A stretch of 64,000 bases of DNA, taken from assembly GCF_009914755.1 (NCBI RefSeq), contig NC_060948.1. One strand, given 5' to 3'. The DNA comes from the human T2T-CHM13v2.0 reference genome, Homo sapiens. The position numbers were made by a program, and so were the translations under genes. Below the pieces are notes generated by a model. It saw only the letters and a list, made by a program, of their open reading frames with translations. It was not told the origin of the DNA and ran no database searches. Of this stretch, positions 57,670-64,000 are shown in pieces. Numbering within the stretch: position 1 is the stretch's first letter; each line of letters opens with the position of its first letter.

Positions 57670-59225
57670 ACGTATACATTATGTATATAATAATATACAG
57701 TATCATATATATAATATATATAACCTATGTATAATATTGTTTTACATCCTGCATCTTATGTTATATATATTGTATAAAATATAATAATTGATAATATATA
57801 AGTTTATATTTATACAATATGACATATAGTATATATTATAATTTATGACATATATAATATATGTTATATGTCATATATAGAATATATTATACGGTTAATA
57901 TACGTATTAAATATAAATTATACATTATATATATTATATATAATATATCTGTTATATATAATACCCATTATGCATAATATATATATTATGTCTATGTTAT
58001 ATATAGTATAAAACAACATATAATAATATATAATTGTATATATAAAATGCGACATATAATATATATTATATTTTATAACATATGTAATATATATTATATA
58101 TTATATATAATACGTTGTATGTATAATACCTATATTAAATATATATTATATGACTATGTTATTAATTACATGTCACATGTGTTATATATTATATATTTTA
58201 CATAGAATATACCGGTTACATACAATATATACTATGTTACCTATAATGTATAATTTATTACATGTAAAATAAACAATGCAATATATTATGTATAATTTAT
58301 AATATACAATATGTGGAATGTGATATATATAACATATAATATATGATATATGATATACAGTATATGATATATAACATACAATATATGATTCCTAATATAT
58401 ATGGTATACAATATATATTTTATGATATGTATTCTATATGTTTTATATTCTGTTATATATAACTATTTGAAATTATATATAACTGTATAATATTTTATGT
58501 AAATATGTAATATAATATATATAACTATATAATATATTATATATAACTATATATTATGTTATATATACTTTTATAACATAATTTACATAAAATATCATAA
58601 TATAATATATATTATATTATTTCATATTACATAATATATATTACATATCACCCAATATAACTAACATACATAATATTATAATATAGATTATATTGTGTTA
58701 TATTAAATATCATATATATCATGTATCATATATTCTATAATATATATTACACATTATATAATATGTATGTTGTCTATTATGTGATATATATAACTATATA
58801 TATAATTATATTTTTATACATATAACTAGATAAACATGTAATTCTACATATTTTCATTTATAATATGTAGAATTATATAATCATATATAATTATTTATAT
58901 TCTATAAAAAATTTTATCATTATATAAATTATAATATATAAAAATTATAATATGTACTACAAATATATATATTATATATCATATATGATATAGTACTATT
59001 GTTATATTTCATAATACATATAAATGTGTATTATGTTATCTATAATTATATAATTTCATATATAAGATGTATAATATGTATCATAAATTATATATGTTGT
59101 GTAATATATATAGTATATATAAGATGACACAGGATAAATATTATATACTATGACATATAAAATATATGAGGTTATATGTTACATATAAGGCATAGCACAT
59201 AACATGTAATATATATCATATATAA

Positions 59226-59517
59226 TTTTTTTTTAGACAGAATCTTGTCCTGTTGCACAGGGTGGGGTACAATGGCGCCATCTTTGCTGACTGCAAATTC
59301 TGCCTCACGGGTCCAAGCGATTGTCCTCCCTCAGCCTCCCAGGTAGCTGGGACTACACCACACTGGGACTATACCAGCTGCCACCATGCCTAGCTAATTT
59401 TTTGGATTTTTAGTAGTGACAGCGTTTCACTGTATTGGCCAGGATGGTCTTGATCTCTTCACCTTGTGATCCCCTTGCCTTGGCCTCCAAATTTGCTGGG
59501 ATTACAGGCCTGAGCCA
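59226..59517 (-). mobile_element. Alu of DYZ2 unit 25
   Basis: Near-identical copy of 1168-1459. Confidence 0.93.
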
Positions 59518-60088
59518 AGATCCATATTTTTTAAATGAAAAAAAATTTCAAAGGTACTCTGCTTGGTACAATAATCAAATGTATAAACTGAGGAATAAAA
59601 CATAACCATGAAACCTACTTATAACTGCATATGGAAAATACAGAGGATAATTTTTTAAATAACATATTTTGAAAGCCTTAACTAGTAATTTGAAGAGTTG
59701 GCATTTGAAAGGCCAGTATGAATATACCTTCAAAGCAGCAACACAGGTTCCCCATGAGAAAAAGCAAACACAGGGAAAATAAAAACACAAAGGTTCAATC
59801 TCTTCTGACCTTTGAAAGACACAGCACAGACAGTGGTCCTTAGGACGAAGAGCAGGAGACCCCTAATTCCGTCACCATGGCGATAGGGCATAAACATTGC
59901 TGGGTGAGGGCACAATCCACATTGTGAGGTCCAACTGCTGCCAGGAAGACAGGAGTGCTTTTACATAGACCGAAAGGTCATTGAAGGCTCAGAGTTTTGT
60001 TTCAAGAACTGAATCCCAAGCCCACACGTTATTAGGCTGCGCTTCTTAAAACAAGTTATGAGATGGGAAAAAGGGCACCCACAAACAT
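59518..60088. repeat. HSATI-like segment, unit 25
   Basis: Copy of 1460-2030. Confidence 0.78.
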
Positions 60089-61622
60089 ACGTATACATTA
60101 TGTATATAATAATATACAGTATCATATATATAATATATATAACCTATGTATAATATTGTTTTACATCCTGCATCTAATGTTATATATATTGTATAAAATA
60201 TAATAATTGATAATATATAAGTTTTATAATTATACAATATGACATATAGTATATATTATAATTTATGACATATATAATATATGTTATATGTCATATATAG
60301 AATATATTATACGGTTAATATACGTATTAAATATAAATTATACATTATATATATTATATATAATATATCTGTTATATATAATACCCATTATGCATAATAT
60401 ATATATTATGTCTATGTTATATATAGCATAAAACAACATATAATAATATATAATTGTATATATAAAATGCGACATATAATATATATTATATTTTATTACA
60501 TATGTAATATATATTATATATTATATATAATACGTTGTATGTATAATACCTATATTAAATATATATTATATGACTATGTTATTAATTACATGTCACATGC
60601 GTTATATATTATATATTTTATATAGAATATACCGGTTACATACAATATATACTATGTTACCTATAATGTATAATTTATTACATGTAAAATAAAGAATGCA
60701 ATATATTATGTAAAATTTATAATATACCATATGTGGAATGTGATATATATAACATATAATATATGATATATGATGTACAGTATATGATATATAACATACA
60801 ATATATGATTCCTAATATATATGGTATACAATATATATTTTATGTTATGTATTCTATATGTTTTATATTCTGTTATATATAACTATTTGAAATTATATAT
60901 AACTGTATAATATTTTATGTAAATATGTAATATAATATATATAACTATATAATATATTATATATAACTATATATTATGTTATATATACTTTTATAACATA
61001 ATTTACATAAAATATCATAATATAATATATAATATATTATTTCATATTACATAATATATATTACATATCACCCAATATAACTAACATACATAATATTATA
61101 ATATAGATTATATTATGTTATATTAAATATCATATATATCATGTATCATATATTCTATAATATATATTACACCTTATATAATATGTATGTTGTCTATTAT
61201 GTGATATATATAACTATATATATAATTATATTTTTATACATATAACTAGATAAACATGTAATTCTACATATTTTCATTTATAATATGTAGAATTATATAA
61301 TCATATATAATTATTTATATTCTATAAAAAATTTTATCATTGTATAAATTATAATATATAAAAATTATAATATGTACTACAAATATATATATTATATATC
61401 ATATATGATATAGTACCTTTGTTATATATCATAATACATATAAATGTGTATTATGTTATCTATAATTATATAATTTCATATATAAGATGTATAATGTGTA
61501 TCATATATTATATATGTTATGTAATATATATAGTATATATAAGATGACACAGGATAAATATTATATACTATGACATATAAAATATATGAGGTTATATGTT
61601 ACATATAAGGCATAGCACATAA

Positions 61623-61937
<315 letters not shown>

Positions 61938-62508
61938 AGATCCATATTTTTTAAATGAAAAAAAATTTCAAAGGTACTCTGCTTGGTACAATAATCAAAT
62001 GTATAAACTGAGGAATAAAACATAACCATGAAACCTACTTATAACTGCATATGGAAAATACAGAGGATAATTTTTTAAATAACATATTTTGAAAGCCTTA
62101 ACTAGTAATTTGAAGAGTTGGCATTTGAAAGGCCAGTATGAATAAACCTTCAAAGCAGCAACACAGGTTCCCCATGAGAAAAAGCAAACACAGGGAAAAT
62201 AAAAACACAAAGGTTCAATCTCTTCTGACCTTTGAAAGACACAACACAGACAATGGTCCTTAGGACGAAGAGCAGGAGACCCCTAATTCCGTCACCATGG
62301 CGATAGGGCATAAACATTGCTGGGTGAGGGCACAATCCACATTGTGAGGTCCAACTGCTGCCAGGAAGACAGGAGTGCTTTTACATAGACCGAAAGGTCA
62401 TTGAAGGCTCAGAGTTTTGTTTCAAGAACTGAATCCCAAGCCCACACGTTATTAGGCTGCGCTTCTTAAAACAAGTTATGAGATGGGAAAAAGGGCACCC
62501 ACAAACAT
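61938..62508. repeat. HSATI-like segment, unit 26
   Basis: Copy of 1460-2030 with several private substitutions. Confidence 0.78.
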
Positions 62509-64000
62509 ACGTATGCATTATGTATATAATAATATACTGTATCATATATATAATATATATAACCTATGTATAATATTGTTTTACATCCTGCATCTTATGT
62601 TATATATATTGTATAAAATATAATAATTGATAATATATAAGTTTTATAATTATACAATATGACATATAGTATATATTATAATTTATGACATATATAATAT
62701 ATGTTATATATCATATATAGAATATATTATACGGTTAATATACGTATTAAATATAAATTATACCTTATATATATTATATATAATATATCTGTTATATATA
62801 ATACCCATTATGCATAATATATATATTATGTCTATGTTATATATAGTATAAAACAACATATTATAATATATAATTGTATATATAAAATGCGACATATAAT
62901 ATATATTATATTTTATAACATATGTAATATATATTATATATTATATATAATACGTTGTATGTATAATACCTATATTAAATATATATTATATGACTATGTT
63001 ATTAATTACATGTCACATGTGTTATATATTATATATTTTACATAGAATATACCGGTTACATACAATATATACTATGTTACCTATAATGTATAATTTATTA
63101 CATGTAAAATAAAGAATGCAATATATTATGTATAATTTATAATATACAATATGTGGAATGTGACATATGTAACATATAATATATGATATATGATATACAG
63201 TATATGATATATAACATACAATATATGATTCCTAATATATATGGTATACAATATATATTTTATGATATGTATTCTATATGTTTTATATTCTGTTATATAT
63301 AACTATTTGAAATTATATATAACTGTATAATATTTTATGTAAATATGTAATATAATATATATAACTATATAATATATTATATATAACTATATATTATGTT
63401 ATATATACTTTTATAACATAATTTACATAAAATATCATAATATAATATATATTATATTATTTCATATTACATAATATATATTACATATCACCCAATATAA
63501 CTAACATACATAATATTATAATATAGATTATATTATGTTATATTAAATATCATATATATCATGTATCATATATTCTATAATATATATTACACATTATATA
63601 ATATGTATGTCTATTATGTGATATATATAACTATATATATAATTATATTTTTATACATATAACTAGATAAACATGTAATTCTACATATTTGCATTTATAA
63701 TATGTAGAATTATATAATCATATATAATTATTTATATTCTATAAAAAATTTTATCATTCTATAAATTATAATATATAAAAATTATAATATGTACTACAAA
63801 TATATATATTATATATCATATATGATATAGTACCTTTGTTATATATCATAATACATATAAATGTGTATTATGTTATCTATAATTATATAATTTCATATAT
63901 AAGATGTATAATATGTATCATATATTATCTATGTTATGTAATATATATAGTATATATAAGATGACACAGGATAAATATTATATACTATGACATATAAAAT
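62509..64000. repeat. AT-rich degenerate (TA)n-like tract of last unit (truncated by window edge)
   Basis: Collinear with 2031-3587; ends at ...tactatgacatataaaat, shortly before the next expected Alu. Confidence 0.9.

Overview
The whole 64 kb window is one uninterrupted, head-to-tail tandem satellite array with a ~2.42 kb unit (26 complete cores plus partial ends; periods measured from the repeated ORF track are 2416-2420 bp, mode 2420). Each unit has three parts: a ~290 bp diverged, 5'-clipped Alu on the minus strand with a fixed 16 bp internal duplication, a ~570 bp non-Alu segment of ordinary complexity (HSATI-like), and a ~1.56 kb degenerate (TA)-rich tract. This architecture, the unit length and a predicted 2146 bp HaeIII fragment identify it as human DYZ2 / HSat1B, most likely from Yq12 heterochromatin. 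No credible protein-coding gene, RNA gene or CRISPR array is present; all listed ORFs are repeat artefacts. I found no novel gene system. The extra signal lies in the small differences between units. These record overlapping duplication/conversion events at offsets of 1, 2, 4, 10, 13-14 and 15 units and show little CpG decay. The Alu carries AluSc-like diagnostics and possibly retained Pol III elements, and the HSATI part contains clustered TCF/LEF and nuclear-receptor motifs. All variant calls were made by eye and need confirmation by alignment.
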